Positions 1 through 13,124 of a stretch of 64,000 nt of DNA are shown piece by piece (position 1 is the stretch's first letter; each line of letters begins with the position of its first letter). This DNA is from the human T2T-CHM13v2.0 reference genome, Homo sapiens: NCBI RefSeq assembly GCF_009914755.1, contig NC_060925.1. One strand, 5' to 3'. The translations under genes were made by a program, and so were the position numbers. The notes under the pieces were generated by a model that worked only from the letters and a program-made list of their open reading frames with translations, did not search any database and had not been told where the DNA came from.

Positions 1-42
1 TTTTGTGGAATTTGCAAGTGGAGATTTCAGCCGCTTTGAGGT

Positions 43-59
43 CAATGGTAGAAAAGGAA
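43..59 (+). promoter_or_regulatory. pJalpha-like (A-box) motif of the non-CENP-B monomer, repeated once per dimer
   Basis: CAATGGTAGAAAAGGAA sits at the position homologous to the CENP-B box in the alternate monomer and resembles the pJalpha consensus CTAYGGTGRAAAAGGAA. Variants include agaataggaa and ggcagaaaaggaa. Confidence 0.7.
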
Positions 60-214
60 ACTATCTTCGTATAAAGACTAGACAGAATGATTCTCAGAAA
101 ATCCTTTGTGACGTGTGCGTTCAACTCACAGAGTTTAACTTTTCTTTTCATAGAGCAGTTAGGAAACACTCTGTTTGTAAAGTCTGCAAGTGGATATTCA
201 GACCTCTTTGAGGC

Positions 215-231
215 CTTCGTTGGAAACGGGA
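215..231 (+). promoter_or_regulatory. CENP-B box (first of about 188 box positions, one per ~340 bp dimer across the window)
   Basis: CTTCGTTGGAAACGGGA is an exact match to the canonical 17 bp CENP-B box (core nTTCGnnnnAnnCGGGn). It recurs at about 555, 896, 1236 and so on to about 63791. Confidence 0.97.
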
Positions 232-1957
232 TTTCTTCATATTCTGCTAGACAGAAGAATTCTCAGTAACTTCCTTGTGTTGTGTGTATTCAACTCACAG
301 AGTTGAACGATCCTTTACAGAGAGCAGACTTGAAACACTCTTTTTGTGGAATTTGCAAGTGGAGATTTCAGCCGCTTTGAGGTCAATGGTAGAATAGGAA
401 ATATCTTCGTAGAAAAACTAGACAGAATGATTCTCAGAAACTCCTTTGTGATGTGTGCGTTCAACTCACAGAGTTTAACTTTTCTTTTCATAGAGCAGTT
501 AGGAAACACTCTGTTTGTAAAGTCTGCAAGTGGATATTCAGACCTCTTTGAGACCTTCGTTGGAAACGGGATTTCTTCATATTCTGCTAGACAGAAGAAT
601 TCTCAGTAACTTCCTTGTGTTGTGTGTATTCAACTCACAGAGTTGAACGATCCTTTACACAGAGCAGACTTGAAACACTCTTTTTGTGGAATTTGCAAGT
701 GGAGATTTCAGCCGCTTTGAGGTCAATGGTAGAAAAGGAAACTATCTTCGTGTAAAGACTAGACAGAATGATTCTCAGAAAATCCTTTGTGATGTGTGCG
801 TTCAACTCACAGAGTTTAACTTTTCTTTTCATAGAGCAGTTAGGAAACACTCTGTTTGTAATGTCTGCAAATGGATATTCAGACCTCTTTGAGGCCTTCG
901 TTGGAAACGGGGTTTCTTCATATTGTGCTAGACAGAGGAATTCTCAGTAACTTCCTTGTGTTGTGTGTATTCAACTCACAGAGTTGAACGATCCTTTACA
1001 GAGAGCAGACTTGAAACACTCTTTTTGTGGAATTTGCAAGTGGAGATTTCAGCCGCTTTGAGGTCAATGGTAGAATAGGAAATATCTTCCTATAGAAACT
1101 AGACAGAATGATTCTCAGAAAGTCCTTTGTGATGTGTTTGTTCAACTCACAGAGTTTAACCTTTCTTTTCATAGAGCAGTTAGGAAACACTCTGTTTGTA
1201 AAGTCTGCAAGTGGATATTCAGACCTCTTTGAGGCCTTCGTTGGAAACGGGATTTCTTCATATTCTGCTAGACAGAAGAATTCTCAGTAACTTCCTTGTG
1301 TTGTGTGTATTCAACTCACAGAGTTGAACGATCCTTTACACAGAGCAGACTTGAAACACTCTTTTTGTGGAATTTGCAACTGTAGATTTCAAGCGCTTTA
1401 AGGTCAATGGCAGAAAAGGAGATATCTTCGTTTCAAAACTAGACAGAATCATTCCCACAAACTGCGTTGTGATGTGTTCGTTCAACTCACAGAGTTTAAC
1501 CTTTCTGTTCATAGAGCAGTTAGGAAACACTCTGTTTGTAAAGTCTGCAAGTGGATATTCAGACCTCTTTGAAGCCTTCGATGGAAACGGGATTTCTTCA
1601 TATTCTGCTAGACAGAAGAATTCTCAGTAACTTCCTTGTGTTGTGTGTATTCAACTCACAGAGTTGAACGATCCTTTACACAGAGCAGACTTGAAACACT
1701 CTTTTTGTGGAATTTGCAAGTGGAGATTTCATCCACTTTGAGGTCAATAGTAGAAAAGGAAATATCTTCGTAGAAAAACTAGACAGAATGATTCTCAGAA
1801 ACTCCTTTGTGATGTGTGTGTTCAACTCACAGAGTTTAACCTTTCTTTTCATAGAGCAGTTAGTAAACACTCTGTTTATAAAGTCTGCAAGTGGATAATC
1901 AGACCCCTTTGAGGCCTTCGTTGGAAACGGGATTTCTTCATATTATGCTAGACAGAA

Positions 1958-2636
1958 GAATTCTCAGTAACTTCCTTGTGTTGTGTGTATTCAACTGACA
2001 GAGTTGAACTTTCATTTAGAGAGAGCAGATTTGAAACACTGTTTTTGTGGAATTTGCAAGTGGAGATTTCAAACGCTTTGGGGCCAAAGGCAGAAAAGGA
2101 AATATCTTCGTATAAAAACTAGACAGAATCATTCTCAGAAACTGCTGTGTGATGTGTGCGTTCAACTCTCAGAGTTTAACTTTTCTTTTCATTCAGCGGT
2201 TTGGAAACACTCTGTTTGTAAAGTCTGCACGTGGATATTTTGACCACTTAGAGGCCTTCGTTGGAAACGGGTTTTTTTCATGTAAGGCTAGACAGAAGAA
2301 TTCCCAGTAACTTCCTTGTGTTGTGTGCATTCAACTCACAGAGTTGAACGTTCCCTTAGACAGTGCAGATTTGAAACACTCTATTTGTGCAATTTGCAAG
2401 TGTAGATTTCAAGCGCTTTAAGGTCAATGGCAGAAAAGGAAATATCTTCGTTTCAAAACTAGACAGAATCATTCCCACAAACTGCGTTGTGATGTTTTCG
2501 TTCAACTCACAGAGTTTAACCTTTCTGTTCATAGAGAAGTTAGGAAACACTCTGTTTGTAAAGTCTGTAAGTGGATATTCTGACATCTTGTGGCCTTCGT
2601 TGGAAACGGGATTTCTTCATATTCTGCTAGACAGAA
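1958..2636 (+). repeat. Diagnostic four-monomer block (dimers X and Y) of the higher-order repeat, first of 27 X occurrences
   Basis: X carries gaactttcatttagagagag, ggggccaaagg, attcagcggtttgg and tgtaaggctag. Y carries gttcccttagac, ctatttgtgcaa, attcccacaaactgcg and tgacatcttgtggcc (339 bp). X is marked in the ORF track at 1983, 3683, 5042, 6742, 10142, 16944, 18644, 20344, 22044, 24425, 25784, 28504, 29863, 39722, 41422, 43122, 45503, 47881, 50940, 52299, 53318, 54678, 56038, 58419, 59778 and 62158, with a partial copy at about 63858. Confidence 0.9.
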
Positions 2637-5600
2637 GAATTCTCAGTAACTTCCTTGTGTTGTGTGTATTCAACTCACAGAGTTGAACGATCCTTTACAC
2701 AGAGCGGACTTGAAACACTCTTTTTGTGGAATTTGCAAGTGGAGATTTTAGCCGATTTGAGGTCAATGGTAGAATAGGAAATATCTTCCTATAGAAACAA
2801 GACAGAATGATTCTCATAAACTCCTTTGTGATGTGTGCATTCAACTCACAGAGTTTCACCTTTCTTTTCATAGAGCAGTTAGGAAACACTCTGTTTGTAA
2901 AGTCTGCAAGTGGATATTCAGACCTCCTTGAGGCCTTCGTTGGAAACGGGATTTCTTCATATTCTGCTAGACAGAAGAATTCTCAGTAACTTCCTTGTGT
3001 TGTGTGTATTCAACTCACAGAGTTGAACGATCCTTTACACAGAGCAGACTTGAAACACTCTTTTTGTGGAATTTGCAAGTGGAGATTTCAGCCGCTTTGA
3101 GGTCAATGGTAGAAAAGGAAACTATCTTCGTATAAAGACTAGACAGAATGATTCTCAGAAAATCCTTTGTGATGTGTGCGTTCAACTCACAGAGTTTAAC
3201 TTTTCTTTTCATAGAGCAGTTAGGAAACACTCTGTTTGTAAAGTCTGCAAGTGGATATTCAGACCTCTTTGAGGCCTTCGTTGGAAACGGGATTTCTTCA
3301 TATTCTGCTAGACAGAAGAATTCTCAGTAACTTCCTTGTGTTGTGTGTATTCAACTCACAGAGTTGAACGATCCTTTACACAGAGCAGACTTGAAACACT
3401 CTTTTTGTGGAATTTGCAAGTGGAGGTTTCATCCACTTTGAGGTCAATTGTAGAAAAGGAAATATCTTCGTAGAAAAACTAGACAGAATGATTCTCAGAA
3501 AGTCCTTTGTGATGTGTGTGTTCAACTCACAGAGTTTAACCTTTCTTTTCATAGAGCAGTTAGTAAACACTCTGTTTATAAAGTCTGCAAGTGGATAATC
3601 AGACCCCTTTGAGGCCTTCGTTGGAAACGGGATTTCTTCATATTATGCTAGACAGAAGAATTCTCAGTAACTTCCTTGTGTTGTGTGTATTCAACTGACA
3701 GAGTTGAACTTTCATTTAGAGAGAGCAGATTTGAAATACTGTTTTTGTGGTATTTGCAAGTGGAGATTTCAAACGCTTTGGGGCCAAAGGCAGAAAAGGA
3801 AATATCTTCGTATGAAAACTAGACAGAATCATTCTCAGAAACTGCTGTGTGATGTGTGCGTTCAACTCTCAGAGTTTAACTTTTCTTTTCATTCAGCGGT
3901 TTGGAAACACTCTGTTTGTAAAGTCTGCACGTGGATATTTTGACCACTTAGAGGCCTTCGTTGGAAACGGGATTTTTTCATGTAAGGCTAGACAGAAGAA
4001 TTCCCAGTAACTTCCTTGTGTTGTGTGCATTCAACTCACAGAGTTGAACGTTCCCTTAGACAGAGCAGATTTGAAACACTCTATTTGTGCAATTTGCAAG
4101 TGTAGATTTCAAGCGCTTTAAGGTCAATGGCAGAAAAGGAAATATCTTCGTTTCAAAACTAGACAGAATCATTCCCACAAACTGCGTTGTGATGTGTTCG
4201 TTCAACTCACAGAGTTTAACCTTTCTGTTCATAGAGCAGTTAGGAAACACTCTGTTTGTAAAGTCTGTAAGTGGATATTCTGACATCTTGTGGCCTTCGT
4301 TGGAAACGGGATTTCTTCATATTCTGCTAGACAGAAGAATTCTCAGTAACTTCCTTGTGTTGTGTGTATTCAACTCACAGAGTTGAACGATCCTTTACAC
4401 AGAGCGGACTTGAAACACTCTTTTTGTGGAATTTGCAAGTGGAGATTTTAGCCGATTTGAGGTCAATGGTAGAATAGGAAATATCTTCCTATAGAAACTA
4501 GACAGAATGATTCTCATAAACTCCTTTGTGATGTGTACATTCAACTCACAGAGTTTCACCTTTCTTTTCATAGAGCAGTTAGGAAACACTCTGTTTGTAA
4601 AGTCTGCAAGTGGATATTCAGACCTCCTTGAGGCCTTCGTTGGAAACGGGATTTCTTCATATTCTGCTAGACAGAAGAATTCTCAGTAACTTCCTTGTGT
4701 TGTGTGTATTCAACTCACAGAGTTGAACGATCCTTTACACAGAGCAGACTTGAAACACTCTTTTTGTGGAATTTGCAAGTGGAGATTTCATCCACTTTGA
4801 GGTCAATAGTAGAAAAGGAAATATCTTCGTAGAAAAACTAGACAGAATGATTCTCAGAAAGTCCTTTGTGATGTGTGTGTTCAAATCACAGAGTTTAACC
4901 TTTCTTTTCATAGAGCAGTTAGTAAACACTCTGTTTATAAAGTCTGCAAGTGGATAATCAGACCCCTTTGAGGCCTTCGTTGCAAACGGGATTTCCTCAT
5001 ATTATGCTAGACAGAAGAATTCTCAGTAACTTCCTTGTGTTGTGTGTATTCAACTGACAGAGTTGAACTTTCATTTAGAGAGAGCAGATTTGAAATACTG
5101 TTTTTGTGGAATTTGCAAGTGGAGATTTCAAACGCTTTGGGGCCAAAGGCAGAAAAGGAAATATCTTCGTATGAAAACTAGACAGAATCATTCTCAGAAG
5201 CTGCTGTGTGATGTGTGCGTTCAACTCTCAGAGTTTAACTTTTCTTTTCATTCAGCGGTTTGGAAACACTCTGTTTGTAAAGTCTGCACGTGGATATTTT
5301 GACCACTTAGAGGCCTTCGTTGGAAACGGGATTTTTTCATGTAAGGCTAGACAGAAGAATTCCCAGTAACTTCCTTGTGTTGGGTGCATTAAACTCACAG
5401 AGTTGAACGTTCCCTTAGACAGAGCAGATTTGAAACACTCTATTTGTGCAATTTGCAAGTGTAGATTTCAAGCGCTTTAAGGTCAATGGCAGAAAAGGAA
5501 ATATCTTCGTTTCAAAACTAGACAGAATCATTCCCACAAACTGCGTTGTGATGTGTTCGTTCAACTCACAGAGTTTAACCTTTCTGTTCATAGAGCAGTT

Positions 5601-6103
5601 AGGAAACACTCTGTTTGTAAAGTCTGTAAGTGGATATTCTGACATCTTGTGGCCTTCGTTGGAAACGGGATTTCTTCATATTCTGCTAGACAGAAGAATT
5701 CTCAGTAACTTCCTTGTGTTGTGTGTATTCAACTCACAGAGTTGAACGATCCTTTACACAGAGCGGACTTGAAACACTCTTTTTGTGGAATTTGCAAGTG
5801 GAGATTTTAGCCGATTTGAGGTCAATGGTAGAATAGGAAATATCTTCCTATAGAAACTAGACAGAATGATTCTCATAAACTCCTTTGTGATGTGTGCATT
5901 CAACTCACTGAGTTTCACCTTTCTTTTCATAGAGCAGTTAGGAAACACTCTGTTTGTAAAGTCTGCAAGTGGATATTCAGACCTCCTTGAGGCCTTCGTT
6001 GGAAACGGGATTTCTTCATATTCTGCTAGACAGAAGAATTCTCAGTAACTTCCTTGTGTTGTGTGTATTCAACTCACAGAGTTGAACGATCCTTTACACA
6101 GAG

Positions 6104-9100
6104 CAGACTTGAAACACTCTTTTTGTGGAATTTGCAAGTGGAGATTTCAGCCGCTTTGAGGTCAATGGTAGAAAAGGAAACTATCTTCGTATAAAGACTA
6201 GACAGAATGATTCTCAGAAAATCCTTTGTGATGTGTGCGTTCAACTCACAGAGTTTAACTTTTCTTTTCATAGAGCAGTTAGGAAACACTCTGTTTGTAA
6301 AGTCTGCAAGTGGATATTCAGACCTCTTTGAGGCCTTCGTTGGAAACGTTATTTCTTCATATTATGCTAGACAGAATAATTCTCAGTAACTTCCTTGTGT
6401 TGTGTGTATTCAACTCACAGAGTTGAACGATCCTTTACACAGAGCAGACTTGAAACACTCTTTTTGTGGAATTTGCAAGTGGAGATTTCAGCCACTTTGA
6501 GGTCAATAGTAGAAAAGGAAATATCTTCGTAGAAAAACTAGACAGAATGATTCTCAGAAAGTCCTTTGTGATGTGTGTGTTCAAATCACAGAGTTTAACC
6601 TTTCTTTTCATAGAGCAGTTAGTAAACACTCTGTTTATAAAGTCTGCAAGTGGATAATCAGACCCCTTTGAGGCCTTCGTTGGAAACGGGATTTCCTCAT
6701 ATTATGCTAGACAGAAGAATTCTCAGTAACTTCCTTGTGTTGTGTGTATTCAACTGACAGAGTTGAACTTTCATTTAGAGAGAGCAGATTTGAAATACTG
6801 TTTTTGTGGAATTTGCAAGTGGAGATTTCAAACGCTTTGGGGCCAAAGGCAGAAAAGGAAATATCTTCGTATGAAAACTAGACAGAATCATTCTCAGAAA
6901 CTGCTGTGTGATGTGTGCGTTCAACTCTCAGAGTTTAACTTTTCTTTTCATTCAGCGGTTTGGAAACACTCTGTTTGTAAAGTCTGCACGTGGATATTTT
7001 GACCACTTAGAGGCCTTCGTTGGAAACGGGATTTTTTCATGTAAGGCTAGACAGAAGAATTCCCAGTAACTTCCTTGTGTTGTGTGCATTCAACTCACAG
7101 AGTTGAACGTTCCCTTAGACAGAGCAGATTTGAAACACTCTATTTGTGCAATTTGCAAGTGTAGATTTCAAGCGCTTTAAGGTCAATGGCAGAAAAGGAA
7201 ATATCTTCGTTTCAAAACTAGACAGAATCATTCCCACAAACTGCGTTGTGATGTGTTCGTTCAACTCACAGAGTTTAACCTTTCTGTTCATAGAGCAGTT
7301 AGGAAACACTCTGTTTGTAAAGTCTGTAAGTGGATATTCTGACATCTTGTGGCCTTCGTTGGAAACGGGATTTCTTCATATTCTGCTAGACAGAAGAATT
7401 CTCAGTAACTTCCTTGTGTTGTGTGTATTCAACTCACAGAGTTGAACGATCCTTTACACAGAGCGGACTTGAAACACTCTTTTTGTGGAATTTGCAAGTG
7501 GAGATTTTAGCCGATTTGAGGTCAATGGTAGAATAGGAAATATCTTCCTATAGAAACTAGACAGAATGATTCTCATAAACTCCTTTGTGATGTGTGCATT
7601 CAACTCACAGAGTTTCACCTTTCTTTTCATAAAGCAGTTAGGAAACACTCTGTTTGTAAAGTCTGCAAGTGGATATTCAGACCTCCTTGAGGCCTTCGTT
7701 GGAAACGGGATTTCTTCATATTCTGCTAGACAGAAGAATTCTCAGTAACTTCCTTGTGTTGTGTGTATTCAACTCACAGAGTTGAACGATCCTTTACACA
7801 GAGCAGACTTGAAAAACTCTTTTTGTGGAATTTGCAAGTGGAGATTTCAGCCGCTTTGAGGTCAATGGTAGAAAAGGACACTATCTTCGTATAAAGACTA
7901 GACAGAATGATTCTCAGAAAATCCTTTGTGATGTGTGCGTTCAACTCACAGAGTTTAACTTTTCTTTTCATAGAGCAGTTAGGAAACACTCTGTTTGTAA
8001 AGTCTGCAAGTGGATATTCAGACCTCTTTGAGGCCTTCGTTGGAAACGTTATTTCTTCATATTATGCTAGACAGAATAATTCTCAGTAACTTCCTTGTGT
8101 TGTGTGTATTCAACTCACAGAGTTGAACGATCCTTTACAGAGAGCAGACTTGAAACACTCTTTTTGTGGAATTTGCAAGTGGAGATTTCAGCCGCTTTGA
8201 GGTCAATGGTAGAATAGGAAATATCTTCCTATAGAAACTAGACAGAATGACTCTCATAAACTCCTTTGTGATGTGTGCGTTCAACTCACAGAGTTTAACC
8301 TTTCTTTTCATAGAGCAGTTAGGAAACACTCTGTTTGTAAAGTCTGCAAGTGGATATTCAGACCTCTTTGAGACCTTCGTTGGAAACGGGATTTCTTCAT
8401 ATTCTGCTAGACAGAAGAATTCTCAGTAACTTCCTTGTGTTGTGTGTATTCAACTCACAGAGTTGAACGATCCTTTACACAGAGCAGACTTGAAACACTC
8501 TTTTTGTGGAATTTGCAAGTGTAGATTTCAAGCGATTTAAGGTCAATGGCAGAAAAGGAAATATCTTCGTTTCAAAATTAGACAGAATCATTCCCACAAA
8601 CTGCGTTGTGATGTGTTCGTTCAACTCACAGAGTTTAACCTTTCTGTTCATAGAGCAGTTAGGAAACACTCTGTTTGTAAAGTCTGTAAGTGGATATTCT
8701 GACATCTTGTGGCCTTCGTTGGAAACGGGATTTCTTCATATTCTGCTAGACAGAAGAATTCTCAGTAACTTCCTTGTGTTGTGTGTATTCAACTCACAGA
8801 GTTGAACGATCCTTTACACAGAGCAGACTTGAAACACTCTTTTTGTGGAATTTGCAAGTGGAGATTTCAGCCGCTTTGAGGTCAATGGTAGAAAAGGAAA
8901 TATCTTCGTATAAAGACTAGACAGAATGATTCTCAGAAACTCCTTTGTGATGTGTGCGTTCAACTCACAGAGTTGAACTTTCCTTTTCATAGAGCAGTTA
9001 GGAAACACTCTGTTTGTAAAGTCTGCAAGTGGATATTCAGACCTCTTTGAGGCCTTCTTTGGAAACGGGATTTCTTCATATTCTGATATACAGAAGAATT

Positions 9101-12100
9101 CTCAGTAACTTCCTTGTGTTGTGTGTATTCAACTCACAGAGTTGAACGATCCTTTACAGAGAGCAGACTTGAAACACTCTTTTTGAGGAATTTGCAAGTG
9201 GAGATTTCAGCCGCTTTGAGGTCAATGGTAGAATAGGAAATATCTTCGTAGAAAAACTAGACAGAATGATTCTCAGAAACTCCTTTGTGATGTGTGCGTT
9301 CAACTCACAGAGTTTAACTTTTCTTTTCATAGAGCAGGTAGGAAACACTCTGTTTGTAAAGTCTGCAAGTGGATATTCAGACCTCTTTGAGGCCTTCGTT
9401 GGAAACGGGATTTCTTCATATTCTGCTAGACAGAAGAATTCTCAGTAACTTCCTTGTGTTGTGTGTATTCAACTCACAGAGTTGAACGATCCTTTACACA
9501 GAACAGACTTGAAACACTCTTTTTGTGGAATTTGCAAGTGGAGATTTCAGCCGCTTTGAGGTCAATGGTAGAAAAGGAAACTATCTTCGTATAAAGACTA
9601 GACAGAATGATTCTCAGAAAATCCTTTGTGATGTGTGCGTTCAACTCACAGAGTTTAACTTTTCTTTTCATAGAGCAGTTAGGAAACACTCTGTTTGTAA
9701 AGTCTGCAAGTGGATATTCAGACCTCTTTGAGGCCTTCGTTGGAAACGTTATTTCTTCATATTATGCTAGACAGAATAATTCTCAGTAACTTCCTTGTGT
9801 TGTGTGTATTCAACTCACAGAGTTGAACGATCCTTTACACAGAGCAGACTTGAAACACTCTTTTTGTGGAATTTGCAAGTGGAGATTTCAGCCACTTTGA
9901 GGTCAATAGTAGAAAAGGAAATATCTTCGTAGAAAAACTAGACAGAATGATTCTCAGAAAGTCCTTTGTGATGTGTGTGTTCAAATCACAGAGTTTAACC
10001 TTTCTTTTCATAGAGCAGTTAGTAAACACTCTGTTTATAAAGTCTGCAAGTGGATAATCAGACCCCTTTGAGGCCTTCGTTGGAAACGGGATTTCCTCAT
10101 ATTATGCTAGACAGAAGAATTCTCAGTAACTTCCTTGTGTTGTGTGTATTCAACTGACAGAGTTGAACTTTCATTTAGAGAGAGCAGATTTGAAATACTG
10201 TTTTTGTGGAATTTGCAAGTGGAGATTTCAAACGCTTTGGGGCCAAAGGCAGAAAAGGAAATATCTTCGTATGAAAACTAGACAGAATCATTCTCAGAAA
10301 CTGCTGTGTGATGTGTGCGTTCAACTCTCAGAGTTTAACTTTTCTTTTCATTCAGCGGTTTGGAAACACTCTGTTTGTAAAGTCTGCACGTGGATATTTT
10401 GACCACTTAGAGGCCTTCGTTGGAAACGGGATTTTTTCATGTAAGGCTAGACAGAAGAATTCCCAGTAACTTCCTTGTGTTGTGTGCATTCAACTCACAG
10501 AGTTGAACGTTCCCTTAGACAGAGCAGATTTGAAACACTCTATTTGTGCAATTTGCAAGTGTAGATTTCAAGCGCTTTAAGGTCAATGGCAGAAAAGGAA
10601 ATATCTTCGTTTCAAAACTAGACAGAATCATTCCCACAAACTGCGTTGTGATGTGTTCGTTCAACTCACAGAGTTTAACCTTTCTGTTCATAGAGCAGTT
10701 AGGAAACACTCTGTTTGTAAAGTCTGTAAGTGGATATTCTGACATCTTGTGGCCTTCGTTGGAAACGGGATTTCTTCATATTCTGCTAGACAGAAGAATT
10801 CTCAGTAACTTCCTTGTGTTGTGTGTATTCAACTCACAGAGTTGAACGATCCTTTACACAGAGCGGACTTGAAACACTCTTTTTGTGGAATTTGCAAGTG
10901 GAGATTTTAGCCGATTTGAGGTCAATGGTAGAATAGGAAATATCTTCCTATAGAAACTAGACAGAATGATTCTCATAAACTCCTTTGTGATGTGTGCATT
11001 CAACTCACAGAGTTTCACCTTTCTTTTCATAAAGCAGTTAGGAAACACTCTGTTTGTAAAGTCTGCAAGTGGATATTCAGACCTCCTTGAGGCCTTCGTT
11101 GGAAACGGGATTTCTTCATATTCTGCTAGACAGAAGAATTCTCAGTAACTTCCTTGTGTTGTGTGTATTCAACTCACAGAGTTGAACGATCCTTTACACA
11201 GAGCAGACTTGAAAAACTCTTTTTGTGGAATTTGCAAGTGGAGATTTCAGCCGCTTTGAGGTCAATGGTAGAAAAGGACACTATCTTCGTATAAAGACTA
11301 GACAGAATGATTCTCAGAAAATCCTTTGTGATGTGTGCGTTCAACTCACAGAGTTTAACTTTTCTTTTCATAGAGCAGTTAGGAAACACTCTGTTTGTAA
11401 AGTCTGCAAGTGGATATTCAGACCTCTTTGAGGCCTTCGTTGGAAACGTTATTTCTTCATATTATGCTAGACAGAATAATTCTCAGTAACTTCCTTGTGT
11501 TGTGTGTATTCAACTCACAGAGTTGAACGATCCTTTACAGAGAGCAGACTTGAAACACTCTTTTTGTGGAATTTGCAAGTGGAGATTTCAGCCGCTTTGA
11601 GGTCAATGGTAGAATAGGAAATATCTTCCTATAGAAACTAGACAGAATGACTCTCATAAACTCCTTTGTGATGTGTGCGTTCAACTCACAGAGTTTAACC
11701 TTTCTTTTCATAGAGCAGTTAGGAAACACTCTGTTTGTAAAGTCTGCAAGTGGATATTCAGACCTCTTTGAGACCTTCGTTGGAAACGGGATTTCTTCAT
11801 ATTCTGCTAGACAGAAGAATTCTCAGTAACTTCCTTGTGTTGTGTGTATTCAACTCACAGAGTTGAACGATCCTTTACACAGAGCAGACTTGAAACACTC
11901 TTTTTGTGGAATTTGCAAGTGTAGATTTCAAGCGATTTAAGGTCAATGGCAGAAAAGGAAATATCTTCGTTTCAAAATTAGACAGAATCATTCCCACAAA
12001 CTGCGTTGTGATGTGTTCGTTCAACTCACAGAGTTTAACCTTTCTGTTCATAGAGCAGTTAGGAAACACTCTGTTTGTAAAGTCTGTAAGTGGATATTCT

Positions 12101-13124
12101 GACATCTTGTGGCCTTCGTTGGAAACGGGATTTCTTCATATTCTGCTAGACAGAAGAATTCTCAGTAACTTCCTTGTGTTGTGTGTATTCAACTCACAGA
12201 GTTGAACGATCCTTTACACAGAGCAGACTTGAAACACTCTTTTTGTGGAATTTGCAAGTGGAGATTTCAGCCGCTTTGAGGTCAATGGTAGAAAAGGAAA
12301 TATCTTCGTATAAAGACTAGACAGAATGATTCTCAGAAACTCCTTTGTGATGTGTGCGTTCAACTCACAGAGTTGAACTTTCCTTTTCATAGAGCAGTTA
12401 GGAAACACTCTGTTTGTAAAGTCTGCAAGTGGATATTCAGACCTCTTTGAGGCCTTCTTTGGAAACGGGATTTCTTCATATTCTGATATACAGAAGAATT
12501 CTCAGTAACTTCCTTGTGTTGTGTGTATTCAACTCACAGAGTTGAACGATCCTTTACAGAGAGCAGACTTGAAACACTCTTTTTGAGGAATTTGCAAGTG
12601 GAGATTTCAGCCGCTTTGAGGTCAATGGTAGAATAGGAAATATCTTCGTAGAAAAACTAGACAGAATGATTCTCAGAAACTCCTTTGTGATGTGTGCGTT
12701 CAACTCACAGAGTTTAACTTTTCTTTTCATAGAGCAGGTAGGAAACACTCTGTTTGTAAAGTCTGCAAGTGGATATTCAGACCTCTTTGAGGCCTTCGTT
12801 GGAAACGGGATTTCTTCATATTCTGCTAGACAGAAGAATTCTCAGTAACTTCCTTGTGTTGTGTGTATTCAACTCACAGAGTTGAACGATCCTTTACACA
12901 GAACAGACTTGAAACACTCTTTTTGTGGAATTTGCAAGTGGAGATTTCAGCCGCTTTGAGGTCAATGGTAGAAAAGGAAACTATCTTCGTATAAAGACTA
13001 GACAGAATGATTCTCAGAAAATCCTTTGTGATGTGTGCGTTCAACTCACAGAGTTTAACTTTTCTTTTCATAGAGCAGTTAGGAAACACTCTGTTTGTAA
13101 AGTCTGCAAGTGGATATTCAGACC
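6104..13124 (+). repeat. Tandem duplication of a 3400 bp (20-monomer) unit
   Basis: Rare variants recur at exactly +3400: aaagcagtta (7631/11031), gaaaaactct (7811/11211), gaaaaggaca (7871/11271), ggccttcttt (9051/12451), ttttgaggaa (9181/12581). The match breaks at about 6103/9503 and 9725/13125. Confidence 0.88.

Noticed and set aside
257-262. Short palindromes (GAATTC, AGGCCT, AAGCGCTT, CACGTG) as terminators or hairpins
   Set aside because: These are 6-8 bp dyads intrinsic to the repeat consensus, too short to support a specific structural or regulatory call.
1570-1592. CENP-B box variants cttcgatgg (also ~16537, ~39315), cttcgttgc (~4975) and cggg followed by g or t
   Set aside because: The changes fall at non-essential positions of nTTCGnnnnAnnCGGGn, so I did not count them as knockouts.
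1983-2243. Cys/His-rich ORF (CFCGIC, CDVC, CKVC) resembling a zinc finger
   Set aside because: The CxxC patterns come from TGT/TGC-rich alphoid motifs repeated in each monomer. There is no evidence of a coding gene.
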